The notes under the pieces were generated by a model, which was not told where the DNA came from, searched no databases, and saw only the letters and a list, made by a program, of their open reading frames with translations. The translations under genes were made by a program, and so were the position numbers. A stretch of DNA of 64,000 nt from Castellaniella sp. UBA6218 (GTDB taxonomy: Bacteria > Pseudomonadota > Gammaproteobacteria > Burkholderiales > Burkholderiaceae_B): the NCBI GenBank assembly GCA_002421865.1, contig DISE01000036.1, positions 766-64,765 of the forward strand. The letters are read 5' to 3'. Positions 1 through 8,494 of this stretch are shown piece after piece (position 1 is the stretch's first letter; each line of letters opens with the position of its first letter).

Positions 1-7
1 TGATCGA

Positions 8-1186
8 TTACTCCATGTCGGCCGCATCGGCGCGGCGGCTGCGGGCTTGGCGGGCGGGCTGGCGTTGCGGCGCCGGATCCTCGGGCGGAAAGGGCAGGCC
101 GCCGTCGTTGCTCACGACGCCGTCGAGTTCGTCCAGGCGGCGCTGGTAGGCGGCTTTCAAATCGGCGGCGCGCGCCGGGTCGCAGTCCTGGATGCTGTCG
201 GCGGCCACGGCCAGGGTGTCGTGGTCTTGGGCGCGCTGGATGCTGGCCAGGACCTTGTCGGCGTCGAGGTATTCGGGCGCGGCGCCGGCGGCCGGCGCCG
301 GCTTGGTGGTTTCGGCCTGTGCTGAGCCGCTGTGGTCGGTCTGCTGATCAGTGGCCTGTTCGTCGCCGGCGTCGTCCTCATCATCGTCTCCGACCGGCGC
401 GATGTAGTCGCCTTCCAGAACGTTATCCAGGGCCTGGGAGCGCCCGGCGCCGCTCAGTTCGTCCAGTGCGGCGGCCTGGGCCAGTTCGATGGAGACCGGC
501 AGGTACTTCACCAGGCGGCGTAGCACGGTCTTGCGGCCCATCTCGGCGTAGTGCTGGCCCCAGACGGTCATCTTCTTGTCGCGGGCGAACTTGTAGTTCT
601 GGCTGTTGTCGCGGATCTCGTTGATCTGCTCGGCGCTCATGACCTCGAAAGCGTGGCCGCTACCCTGCAGCTTGGCGACCGCATAGAAGGCGACCACAGG
701 GCCGCGCGCGCCCATGGCGGGCTTGTGTACGAGCGTCTCGTCCAGGCCGTAGCTGTACTCGAATTCGTCGTTCGCGCAGACCTCGTGGGCGGCGATACTG
801 ACGATCTGGCCGCTGCGGCGGGCCAGGTCGATCAGGCCCTTGTAGCCCAGCACGATCTGCACCTCGGTGACGCCCTTCTTGCGGTTCTCGAACGGGATCA
901 GATAGGCGTGACCCAGCGGCGTGTTCGGTTCCAGGCCCAACTGCGAGCAGTGCACGACGGCGCCCATCAGCGACTCGACGCTGCAGTTCATGAGCTTGGG
1001 CGTGGTGCGCAGAGCGCCCAGGGCGATCTTGAGCATGCGATCGGCACCGACGTGCTTGGGCAGCACGGCGGCCAGCGTGCCTTTCTGGCTCTCGAAGAAC
1101 TTTTTCACGTTGCCGATGCCGGCCTCGCGGGCGACCATCTTCGAGGTCTGCTTCAGTTCGGCCAAAGATGTGGGGTTTGCAGCCAT
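8..1186 (-). CDS. recT: RecT-family single-strand annealing protein with long acidic C-terminal extension
   Basis: LGLEPN..LGHAYLIPF, GYKGLIDLARRSG, W..HY.EMGRKTVLRRL.KYLP motifs. Confidence 0.93.
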   Translation of the reverse strand: MAANPTSLAELKQTSKMVAREAGIGNVKKFFESQKGTLAAVLPKHVGADRMLKIALGALRTTPKLMNCSVESLMGAVVHCSQLGLEPNTPLGHAYLIPFENRKKGVTEVQIVLGYKGLIDLARRSGQIVSIAAHEVCANDEFEYSYGLDETLVHKPAMGARGPVVAFYAVAKLQGSGHAFEVMSAEQINEIRDNSQNYKFARDKKMTVWGQHYAEMGRKTVLRRLVKYLPVSIELAQAAALDELSGAGRSQALDNVLEGDYIAPVGDDDEDDAGDEQATDQQTDHSGSAQAETTKPAPAAGAAPEYLDADKVLASIQRAQDHDTLAVAADSIQDCDPARAADLKAAYQRRLDELDGVVSNDGGLPFPPEDPAPQRQPARQARSRRADAADME

Positions 1187-1201
1187 GGTGATGGGCTCCT
1201 A

Positions 1202-2119
1202 TCAGTAGTTTTCGATGTCGGTCAGCGCCCAGGCGGGCAGGGATACGGGCTGGATGCCGGTGGGGTAGCCCGGCCACTCGCCGGATTTCAGGCAGGCGGC
1301 GTAGGTGTCGAGATTGCGCCGGTACTCGGCGCGACCCTGCTCGAGGGCGGCGTCATCCAGCATCACGGCGCTGGCCGCATAGGGGTACTCGGTCTCGACG
1401 GCCAGGAAAACGAAGGCCAGCACGTCCACGCCGGCGGCCAAGGCGTAGCCGTCCGTGTAGTAGGCGGCCTGAACGTGGTAGCGCATGCGCGCGATCTGGC
1501 GGGCGAACTCGGCCGGCGCGGCGTTGCTGTAGGTCTTCACGTCCACCAGGATGGCGCGCCCGGGCCCGGCGTCATGCACCCAGTCCGGCCGGCACCGGCA
1601 CAGCACGCCGGTCACCGGATCGCGCCAGTACGCGGACACCTCCGGGCGGCCCTTTGCCAGCGCATCGCGCATATCGGAAATCTTGCGCACGCTCTTGGCC
1701 TGCAGCAGGGCGGTCACGCGCTGCTCCTGCGTGACGACCGTGCGGCCTTCGTTGGCCGCCAGCCATTCACGCCACCAGGCCATGGCCATCATGCTGTCGG
1801 CGCTTGGGTTCTTGGCGTTCCACTGCGCACTGGTGGGCCGGCGCGGCGCGTCCGACGGCAGCACGGCATAGCGCTTGTCGAACTCTTTCGGCTCCAGGAT
1901 CGCGCAGTGCGCCAGGTGTCCGACCAGGCGTGCCGTGGTTTCGTCGTTCTCGCGCGGCGGCCGGTTCGGGTCGAGATATTCAGCGTGATAGTGCGCCGGG
2001 CTGCGCTCGATCAGGTCCAGGCCGGTCTTGCTGATCCCCGGGCCTTGGTGATAGGCGTCGATGTCCTGGTTCTCAATGATGCCGATCGGCTCGGCAACGG
2101 GTTCGGCGATGGCGTTCAT
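1202..2119 (-). CDS. PD-(D/E)XK exonuclease, RecE/exonuclease VIII-like
   Basis: ISKTGLD..ERSPAHY, CRCRPDW, DVKT, YHVQAAYY motifs; directly upstream of recT. Confidence 0.88.
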   Translation of the reverse strand: MNAIAEPVAEPIGIIENQDIDAYHQGPGISKTGLDLIERSPAHYHAEYLDPNRPPRENDETTARLVGHLAHCAILEPKEFDKRYAVLPSDAPRRPTSAQWNAKNPSADSMMAMAWWREWLAANEGRTVVTQEQRVTALLQAKSVRKISDMRDALAKGRPEVSAYWRDPVTGVLCRCRPDWVHDAGPGRAILVDVKTYSNAAPAEFARQIARMRYHVQAAYYTDGYALAAGVDVLAFVFLAVETEYPYAASAVMLDDAALEQGRAEYRRNLDTYAACLKSGEWPGYPTGIQPVSLPAWALTDIENY

Positions 2120-2289
2120 CAATACCCCCTCGTGCGCAGCCACGCATCCTCGGCCCGATCGGCCGCGGCATCGTCTCGCTGCTGCTGTTCGCAGAAACGG
2201 TCTTCGGCCAGGTCTTCCAGGCGTTCGTCGTCAGCGCGGCGCGGCGCGCGCGGCCGGATCCCCGGCGCCTCCAGGTGTTGCCAGTTCAT
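2119..2289 (-). CDS. Small phage hypothetical protein (56 aa, MNWQHLEAPG...)
   Basis: Read manually; start and stop overlap both neighbours (ATGA/TGATG coupling). Confidence 0.6.
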   Translation of the reverse strand: MNWQHLEAPGIRPRAPRRADDERLEDLAEDRFCEQQQRDDAAADRAEDAWLRTRGY

Positions 2290-2561
2290 GCCGCCGCCTT
2301 TGTCGCCATGGCGGCGACCTGGTTGTCGTAGTGATCGGCAGCGGCGAGGATGGCCTGGGCGACGGCGCGCGCCACATCGAGATCAAGTCGCGCGGTCGTG
2401 ACGCCCATGTACACGCTGATGACGTTCTGGTCGGAGGGTTCGGCCAGGTCGGAGCCGGACACGGAAATATGCGTGCCGGCTTTCGAGATCGTGGTGTGGC
2501 GGGATGTCATGCTGGCCGGCGTCAGCGCGGGGCCGATCCAGGTGTCGATGTGAGGCTTCAT
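2286..2561 (-). CDS. Phage hypothetical protein
   Basis: ATG at 2561 overlaps the upstream stop; part of the coupled early operon. Confidence 0.65.
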   Translation of the reverse strand: MKPHIDTWIGPALTPASMTSRHTTISKAGTHISVSGSDLAEPSDQNVISVYMGVTTARLDLDVARAVAQAILAAADHYDNQVAAMATKAAA

Positions 2562-3061
2562 GGCCGCGCCCTCCGTCCGGTCATCGACTCGTAGATGATC
2601 CTTTCCGCCTGGGCGCATTGGTATGCGTCGAAAAATCCGAAGTGGCAAGCCTTGGTCTCGATGTCCATTCGCTCGGCCAGCCACGAGTAGGCCGCGCTGC
2701 GATCGCCGCCGAAGCGTTCCCGGCAGATCCGCATGAAACCCGGCTTGACCGATTTGCGGGCCTCTCGGGTTTCCTCGTCGGCGAGCGTGCCCAGCGGCAG
2801 GTCGGTGTCCGGGTGCAGGCCGACATAGGCGCGGCAGCCAGTGCACAGGTAGACGTATGGCCAGTCGCCGTATTCGCGACCGTTGTAGATTTCCGCATTG
2901 CTGACCAGGCCGACGCACTCGCCGCAGTGCGGGCAGGTCGTGGGCGCCTCGATGCGGTCCCTCACTCGGGCAAGCGCTCGACGAGAGACATGCGGTAGCG
3001 GGGTGGGCGGGACGAGTTTTTCTGCGCTGCTTGCGCGAGGGTCGATGCCGAAGATATCCAT
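2558..3061 (-). CDS. Zinc-finger protein (DUF3268-like)
   Basis: CPHCG...YLCTGCRAYVGLHPDTDLPLGTLAD, CHFGFF motifs. Confidence 0.8.
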   Translation of the reverse strand: MDIFGIDPRASSAEKLVPPTPLPHVSRRALARVRDRIEAPTTCPHCGECVGLVSNAEIYNGREYGDWPYVYLCTGCRAYVGLHPDTDLPLGTLADEETREARKSVKPGFMRICRERFGGDRSAAYSWLAERMDIETKACHFGFFDAYQCAQAERIIYESMTGRRARP

Positions 3062-3062
3062 C

Positions 3063-3341
3063 TCACACCCCCGGCGTCACGTTGGCACCCACAAACCACA
3101 GGGCCATGATCACGATGCCGTAGGCGGCAGGCAGCCATTCCAGCGACGGCGCGGGATCAAGCGCCGTGGGCGCGGCCGGGACGACCAGCTTGCGGTCATC
3201 CTGCTCGGCGCCCCGACGCGCGGCGGCCGGATAGGCGTAGATTTCGGCGGGGGTCTGGATCTTGGCCGCTGTGGCCCGGACGTACCCCGGGTGTAGGGCA
3301 CGTTGCGAGCGGCGGCGGGTGAGGGTCAGGCGTGGGTTCAT
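3063..3341 (-). CDS. Phage hypothetical protein with C-terminal TM helix
   Basis: ORF in PL operon, GAGG RBS, hydrophobic C-terminus. Confidence 0.6.
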   Translation of the reverse strand: MNPRLTLTRRRSQRALHPGYVRATAAKIQTPAEIYAYPAAARRGAEQDDRKLVVPAAPTALDPAPSLEWLPAAYGIVIMALWFVGANVTPGV

Positions 3342-3349
3342 GGCGGGCC

Positions 3350-3604
3350 TCACGCGAACTGAACTTCGGAGTGGGCTCGAACACCGCCGCCGATGTGATC
3401 GGTCGTGTTGGCCTCGGTGATGCGCGGCTTGGCGCCGATTCGCACAGCGGCGCGGGCGATGTCAGCGGCGGCACCACGATGATTGCGGCCGCTGACCAGC
3501 AAGAGGTTGTCGGTATTACCCCAGGCCGTGGCGCGTGCGATCAGGATGCTGATGTCGGCGCCGTGCACTTTGCGTGCTGACTGGTTGAGGGCTTGGATGT
3601 TCAT
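3350..3604 (-). CDS. First gene of the PL operon, hypothetical
   Basis: GGGAGA RBS directly downstream of PL. Confidence 0.65.
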   Translation of the reverse strand: MNIQALNQSARKVHGADISILIARATAWGNTDNLLLVSGRNHRGAAADIARAAVRIGAKPRITEANTTDHIGGGVRAHSEVQFA

Positions 3605-3630
3605 GGTGGTCTCCCGTGTTGATGGGAGAC

Positions 3631-3675
3631 ATTATTAGGCATCGCCTTATGATATGTCAATAGGCGTAGCCTAAT
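3631..3675 (-). promoter_or_regulatory. PL promoter with two repressor operators (OL)
   Basis: TTGACA (3660-3655)-N17-TAATAA; palindromes ATTAGGCATCGCCTTAT (3634-3650) and AATAGGCGTAGCCTAAT (3659-3675) match the cI/cro operators. Confidence 0.85.
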
Positions 3676-3895
3676 AATTTTTTGTTCGGCAGCGCCTCAT
3701 GATTTCTTGCACGGTGAGGCGGTGCTCAATGGCCGCATCACGGAGACTCTCGATAAGGTCTCGCGTTTGGACTGGGCTCATGAGCCGCACAGTTTCGCTC
3801 CATGTCGCCAGCAAGTGTTCTAGGCGGCTCTCCAACAGCTCCGCCTGACGGACAGTGTTATGCGCGGCGTCACCATCTACCTCAATCCTCTTCAT
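3671..3895 (-). CDS. 74-aa protein under a LexA box; candidate SOS-inducible antirepressor
   Basis: GGAGG RBS; SOS box about 40 bp upstream; function inferred. Confidence 0.65.
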   Translation of the reverse strand: MKRIEVDGDAAHNTVRQAELLESRLEHLLATWSETVRLMSPVQTRDLIESLRDAAIEHRLTVQEIMRRCRTKNY

Positions 3896-3933
3896 TCGGC
3901 CCTCCGAATCCCTGTTTGCTAGCCAATAATAAG

Positions 3934-3949
3934 CTGTATTTCCATACAG
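3934..3949. promoter_or_regulatory. LexA (SOS) box
   Basis: CTGT-ATTTCCAT-ACAG, canonical CTGT-N8-ACAG, next to a minus-strand TATTAT -10-like hexamer. Confidence 0.8.
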
Positions 3950-4202
3950 TAAAAAGCCTTGTCATCTGGCCGAAATCGTGGAACATCGGACTGACGCGGC
4001 TTTGCATGAGATAGGGGATTTCCCTATCCGTTGAGCAACAAGTCTACGGACCTGCGGCCGCTCATGTGCGGGTCTCAGTGCCCTCTGAGGGCAGTTTCAT
4101 GCCGAGCACGCAGATTTTTTTGCAGGAGCGGGCGCCAGATAAGGACGCCGTCGCTTTAGCATGCGAAAGCGAGCCTCGCGGGCGGCTGCGATGCGCTGAT
4201 TC

Positions 4203-4248
4203 TGTAACTACAAAAATACCTTGCTTATCGATATTTGCGTAACTACAA
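4203..4248 (+). promoter_or_regulatory. brnTA promoter/operator repeats
   Basis: GTAACTACAA twice (4204-4213, 4239-4248) around TTGCTT...TACAAT. Confidence 0.6.
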
Positions 4249-4255
4249 TAACCAT

Positions 4256-4525
4256 ATGGAAATCACCTTTGACCCAGCCAAAGACAGCAGCAACCAGCGT
4301 AAGCACGGCGTCTCACTGTCACTGGCCCAGGAGATTGATTGGCCGGAGGTGATGGCCAAGCCCGACACCCGCCAGGACTATGGCGAGGTTCGGGAGATCG
4401 GCTACGCGGTCATCGACGACCGCTTGTACTGCGTGGTGTTCACGCAGCGCGCAGACAAGATGCACGTCATCAGTCTGCGCAAGGCCAATTCGCGGGAGGT
4501 ACGGGACTATGTCGAGCAAACGTAA
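4256..4525 (+). CDS. brnT: BrnT family toxin
   Basis: FDPAK..SN.RKHGVS, DYGE.R, VISLRKAN.RE motifs. Confidence 0.9.
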   Translation: MEITFDPAKDSSNQRKHGVSLSLAQEIDWPEVMAKPDTRQDYGEVREIGYAVIDDRLYCVVFTQRADKMHVISLRKANSREVRDYVEQT

Positions 4526-4781
4526 ACTGATCATGCCCACGCCTGAAGAGGATGCGGCGATCAATCGTGGCATTGCGGCGGATCCGGATACCTATGAGTT
4601 GGGCGCCGAAGAGTTCAAGCAGTTGAAGCGAGTAGGGCGCCCACGCCTGGATACACCCAAGGTCGCCGTGACGATCCGCTACGACAAGGCTGTGATCGAC
4701 GCCTTCAAGGCTGACGGCCCTGGCTGGCAAACCCGGATGAACGATGTCTTGAAGAAGGCTGTGGCCAGGAAGCGCGCGTAG
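4509..4781 (+). CDS. brnA: BrnA family antitoxin
   Basis: GRP...K..VTIR.D..V...FKA.GPGWQTRMN.L RHH motif; overlaps brnT. Confidence 0.9.
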   Translation: MSSKRKLIMPTPEEDAAINRGIAADPDTYELGAEEFKQLKRVGRPRLDTPKVAVTIRYDKAVIDAFKADGPGWQTRMNDVLKKAVARKRA

Positions 4782-4835
4782 GACTGAAACCGCCTGCAGA
4801 TGGAAGGCAGAATAGGTTTCCTATAATCGGCGGCC

Positions 4836-5750
4836 ATGGCAACAAAGAAACAGGCGGGCCGCCGTACCGCAAAGCGCAGGTCGGCCCCACGCAAGAAGCA
4901 GGCAAGTAGCGGCTTCGCAAGGCTCTTCAAGACGGCATTTCTCTCGGCGGCGGTGTCCTTCGCCGCCATGCTGTGGGCGCTGCATCCGCAGCTACTCGAC
5001 CAGATCGGCGTCGACCGGATCCTGGCGTATCTGGAGCAGCCGCGGCAGGACGTCGCCGCAACTCGTCAGGCCGCGCCAGCGGCGCATGACGGGCACATCC
5101 AGACGTCTTTCGCGCAGTGCCGCGAATTTTTCCCCCATCAGACGCCGCCCGTCGTGCCGGCCCGGCCGACCCAGCGCGAGCTATGCTTCTCGTCCTTTGC
5201 CATTCTGTACAGCGGCCAGCGGAAAACCCCGGTGCTGGTTGCCGAGCGCCTGAACCGTCAGATGCTGACCGCCGCCCAGGGTATCGCGCGCACCGACAGC
5301 TTCTACGAAGAGGCGCGCCTGCCGGCGTCAGAGCGGGCAGGACTGGACGACTACAGGGGATCGGGCTTTGATCGCGGCCACATGGCGCCGGCCGGCGACA
5401 TGCCAGACGACCAGGCGATGGCGCAGAGCTTCAGCCTGGCCAACATGATCCCGCAGGCCCCGCAGGCGAATCGCGGCGCCTGGAACAAGATCGAGCAGGA
5501 CACCCGCAAGTATGTGATGCGCGCCAAGGGTGACGTGTATGTGGTCTCGGGCCCAGTCTATAGCGATCATCCCCAGACAATCGGGGCCGCGAGGGTTGCG
5601 GTGCCCGACTACACGTTCAAGGTCGTCTTCGACGCCACGACGGGCCGTTCCTGGGTGCACTGGCTGGCCAACAGCCCAGATGCGCGGCCCGGCGCGCCGA
5701 TCAGCTACGAGGAGTTTGTGAAGCGGACGGGGCTGCAGGTGTTGGGGTAG
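4836..5750 (+). CDS. DNA/RNA non-specific endonuclease (NucA/EndA-like) with N-terminal membrane anchor
   Basis: SGFDRGHMAPAGD, SF.L.NM.PQ...NRG.W motifs. Confidence 0.92.
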   Translation: MATKKQAGRRTAKRRSAPRKKQASSGFARLFKTAFLSAAVSFAAMLWALHPQLLDQIGVDRILAYLEQPRQDVAATRQAAPAAHDGHIQTSFAQCREFFPHQTPPVVPARPTQRELCFSSFAILYSGQRKTPVLVAERLNRQMLTAAQGIARTDSFYEEARLPASERAGLDDYRGSGFDRGHMAPAGDMPDDQAMAQSFSLANMIPQAPQANRGAWNKIEQDTRKYVMRAKGDVYVVSGPVYSDHPQTIGAARVAVPDYTFKVVFDATTGRSWVHWLANSPDARPGAPISYEEFVKRTGLQVLG

Positions 5751-5758
5751 GGGGCGTG

Positions 5759-5782
5759 AAAAGCCGCCCGAAGGCGGCTTGG
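5759..5782. terminator. Intrinsic terminator between convergent genes
   Basis: AAAAGCCGCC-CGAA-GGCGGCTT. Confidence 0.7.
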
Positions 5783-5798
5783 GGTGGCTGTCTGCGGA

Positions 5799-6455
5799 TC
5801 AGCTTTTGGGCGGCGCCACTTTCAGGATGGCAGGATCCTGTCCAGCCACCGCTGCGTCTACGGCAACATCGGACAGACGCACGATAAACGACGCACCGGC
5901 CGGTGCCACCAGGACTCGATCGGTAACCGGGTGATTATCGATATAGGCGGCGCCCACGCCGAACCGGAATTCTTCCTTGGTGTCGTTCGTGACCTTCACC
6001 AGGACCGACAGATTCATAGACCCAAACGTGTCCTTTTTCGCGCTAGCAATCTTCTTCTGCAGGGCGTCAGGGACAGCCAGGCCGAGCACTGCCGTGTCGT
6101 TCGAGATCACATTGATGGTCTGCTCGGATCCGAGCTTGCCGTCTTTGTCCAAGTCCAGGAACAGCGGCATCGAGAAGTGGGCGTAAGAGTCCATCTTCTG
6201 CCGGAAGCATTCTTTGTAGACGGCTGTCGGGAACACGCCTGGAATCTTCTGCTGCACATCCAACAGGGTTTTGGACGGCTTGCGCGAATCCTCGAAATCG
6301 TTGCAGCTGGCGACCTCGACGTACAGATCACCGGGCAATTCCTTCGACTGTCCGCCCTGCAGCTCGCTGACGGCGATCTCACTGTTGACGGTGGTCTTGC
6401 AACCGGCCAGGGCCAGCACTGCAGCGGCCAGCGCCGCGATCCTCATTCTCCTCAT
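5799..6455 (-). CDS. Lipoprotein of unknown function
   Basis: Signal peptide with LAGC lipobox; GGAGG RBS. Confidence 0.8.
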   Translation of the reverse strand: MRRMRIAALAAAVLALAGCKTTVNSEIAVSELQGGQSKELPGDLYVEVASCNDFEDSRKPSKTLLDVQQKIPGVFPTAVYKECFRQKMDSYAHFSMPLFLDLDKDGKLGSEQTINVISNDTAVLGLAVPDALQKKIASAKKDTFGSMNLSVLVKVTNDTKEEFRFGVGAAYIDNHPVTDRVLVAPAGASFIVRLSDVAVDAAVAGQDPAILKVAPPKS

Positions 6456-6737
6456 CGTGCCCTCCTGTTGTTCGAAACAGTTACATTCTGACCGAGAGGC
6501 GGCGGACCAGCAAGCGCGGCGTGCCGCACGGCAGCAGATGGGCACAAAAAGCCGCCTCGCGGGCGGCTGGGAGGTGGTGGTGTGGTGGCCTGTTAGGCTG
6601 TGCCGGATGGCCGAAAACCAGCACCAGTGCTGGATAGCGGGGTGGCCTGCTGCTGGCGCTGAGGCGGAGAGGGGGGGTGCCGGCCTAACCCGGCTCTGGA
6701 GCGGGTAGAGAGTCGGGTTGGGTGGGCGTCCAGGCAT

Positions 6738-6762
6738 GAAAAAGCCCTCCAAGGAGGGCTTT
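6738..6762 (-). terminator. Intrinsic terminator after the membrane-protein pair
   Basis: AAGCCCTCC-TT-GGAGGGCTTTTT on minus strand; a second one at 6546-6568. Confidence 0.7.
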
Positions 6763-6795
6763 GATCTTCAGTTTTGTGGGAGTCTGCGGTTGCCA

Positions 6796-7416
6796 CTATG
6801 TCTCAAAGGAGCGCAATTCCATCGCACTCATGGTGGCATTCAATGACAGTCCAGGCACGATCCTCGTGGGAATGATAACCAGGGCCACCATTGCTGCTAT
6901 ACCCATATAGTTTCGCCAGCTTTGGATGCAGAAGATCTTGTGGAGATGTTCCCGCATTTGCATAAGAACATATCCGCTCAAAAAGACAAACATCAAGATT
7001 CGGGCAAACACAGACGACTTCACCATATAAATAAGCATGATTTCGGCGGATTTGCGCCTCACGTCATCACTGATTTGCTGTATTTCACTATCGTCAGAAA
7101 GAAACTCCTCTTCGTGGCGCCGCTGCTCCTGACTGAGCTCGTCCTTACAGCGATGTAAGAGAACGATCAGCGAGACATAACTGACGAAAGAGAAATTCTC
7201 CGTGTGCCTAAGATGGCCGTTGATAAGCTTTCTGAGCTTCACATAGGCCGGGTGGTGCAAGCCGTTTTCTCTGGAAAGAAAAAACTGCCTTAGTCGCTGA
7301 TCTCTAAGATCAAATAACGCATCCCGCGCTTCGTCCAAGTAGGTTCGTCGCGCGCCAAGCCGCCAGATAAGAGTAAGGGCGATGATCGATATGCCGAGCA
7401 AGATGACTTCATGCAT
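6796..7416 (-). CDS. AT-rich multi-TM hypothetical protein
   Basis: 206-aa ORF in AT-richer DNA with hydrophobic segments; 8-nt overlap with upstream gene. Confidence 0.8.
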   Translation of the reverse strand: MHEVILLGISIIALTLIWRLGARRTYLDEARDALFDLRDQRLRQFFLSRENGLHHPAYVKLRKLINGHLRHTENFSFVSYVSLIVLLHRCKDELSQEQRRHEEEFLSDDSEIQQISDDVRRKSAEIMLIYMVKSSVFARILMFVFLSGYVLMQMREHLHKIFCIQSWRNYMGIAAMVALVIIPTRIVPGLSLNATMSAMELRSFET

Positions 7417-7804
7417 TTTCGCTCTCCATTGGGGTGTCGCCAGTGTCGGTCAAGCCCGATGACGTCCGATTCGGCTCACCCTGTTCTGCCTGATGCTGAT
7501 AGGATGACTTGAGGCGTATTGCACGCTTCTTTGACCTGCGCTCTGCTACGTATAGGCCTGTAGATGTAAAGGCCCATATGTAGCCAAGGATCGTAGACAG
7601 CCCTAGTTTATCGATGAGGCCGGCAAAGGCATTGATCACCTCTGTCTTGTCAGTCAGTAGCAGGGGGCGAATTCCCCAGAAAACAAGCCAAGTGCCTATC
7701 AGAACTGTAGCGTAAAAAGCAACCCTGGACAAGAACTCCAAGATGTGCCGCAGCTTCTGTACGCTCAGCCGTTTATCTTCTATCAGGTATTCATTTTTGT
7801 TCAT
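7409..7804 (-). CDS. AT-rich 2-TM hypothetical protein
   Basis: 131-aa ORF, two hydrophobic helices. Confidence 0.75.
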   Translation of the reverse strand: MNKNEYLIEDKRLSVQKLRHILEFLSRVAFYATVLIGTWLVFWGIRPLLLTDKTEVINAFAGLIDKLGLSTILGYIWAFTSTGLYVAERRSKKRAIRLKSSYQHQAEQGEPNRTSSGLTDTGDTPMESENA

Positions 7805-7985
7805 CGGCGTCGAATTTCAACGTATCTTTCTGCGGGCGTGTGACTTTTTGCCTTGGAAATTAAATTTATGTAACTGCGGCGCTGAATCTTACTACCGTAG
7901 TGATGGGCCTTCAATCAGAGTTTCTCGCACCCCCCCCACCAGAAGGCGGGGCCCGGCGTGGATCTGCCGGGCCGTTCTGTGCCTA

Positions 7986-8204
7986 TCAAGTTGTATGGCA
8001 AGCCGGGCAGCAGTGAATGCATCCATTGGTGCGGGCATTGCTGTATGTGGCCTTTGCGGCGGCAACAGCCCCATGGCAACTGGTGTACTCGCCAAGATTG
8101 ATCTGGTTCTGTGATTCTGGCATCCAGTTGCAGCCCGTCGTCGCGTTGTGGACTTCGTTGTCTCCGTTAGGCTGCTGGTTGCTATTGAGAATAAACCTAG
8201 CCAT
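7986..8204 (-). CDS. Small Cys/His-rich protein (72 aa)
   Basis: AGGAGG RBS; EVH...C and NGCIHCCPACH motifs. Confidence 0.8.
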   Translation of the reverse strand: MARFILNSNQQPNGDNEVHNATTGCNWMPESQNQINLGEYTSCHGAVAAAKATYSNARTNGCIHCCPACHTT

Positions 8205-8258
8205 CTGCTCCTCCTTGTGTTGGCCCTGCGGGCCTGTTGTAGGACGGCCTTGTCGAAT

Positions 8259-8396
8259 TCAATGACAGTGCCTGGTCCCGGTCTTGTGGTTCATGTGGCA
8301 GCCGTTCTTGTCGGTGCCGCCGCTGTGCGCCCAGACTGGTGCCGTTGCGATGACGCCGAAGACGGCCAGGACGGCGGCTGCGATGATCTTTTTCAT
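8259..8396 (-). CDS. Secreted YHYH-like peptide (45 aa)
   Basis: Read manually: MKKIIAAAVLAVFGVIATAPVWA-HSGGTDKNGCHMNHKTGTRHCH; GAGGAG RBS. Confidence 0.85.
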   Translation of the reverse strand: MKKIIAAAVLAVFGVIATAPVWAHSGGTDKNGCHMNHKTGTRHCH

Positions 8397-8494
8397 GGTT
8401 CTCCTCACATATCCACATTAATAATAAGGTTTTGTTACCTTAAGGCCCAAAGTACCCCCCTAACCAGCACGTCATCAATCAGGGTTTCTCAGAA

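Noticed and set aside
551..2401. 616-aa + strand ORF and many similar long ORFs opposite real genes (e.g. 23823-25394, 42176-43768, 53104-55158, 55089-57224)
   Set aside because: Shadow frames of GC-rich coding DNA; no motifs, and the opposite strand encodes recognisable proteins
4010..4093. Palindromes GATAGGG-N5-CCCTATC and TGCCCTC-T-GAGGGCA
   Set aside because: Single copies with no assignable regulator or transcript
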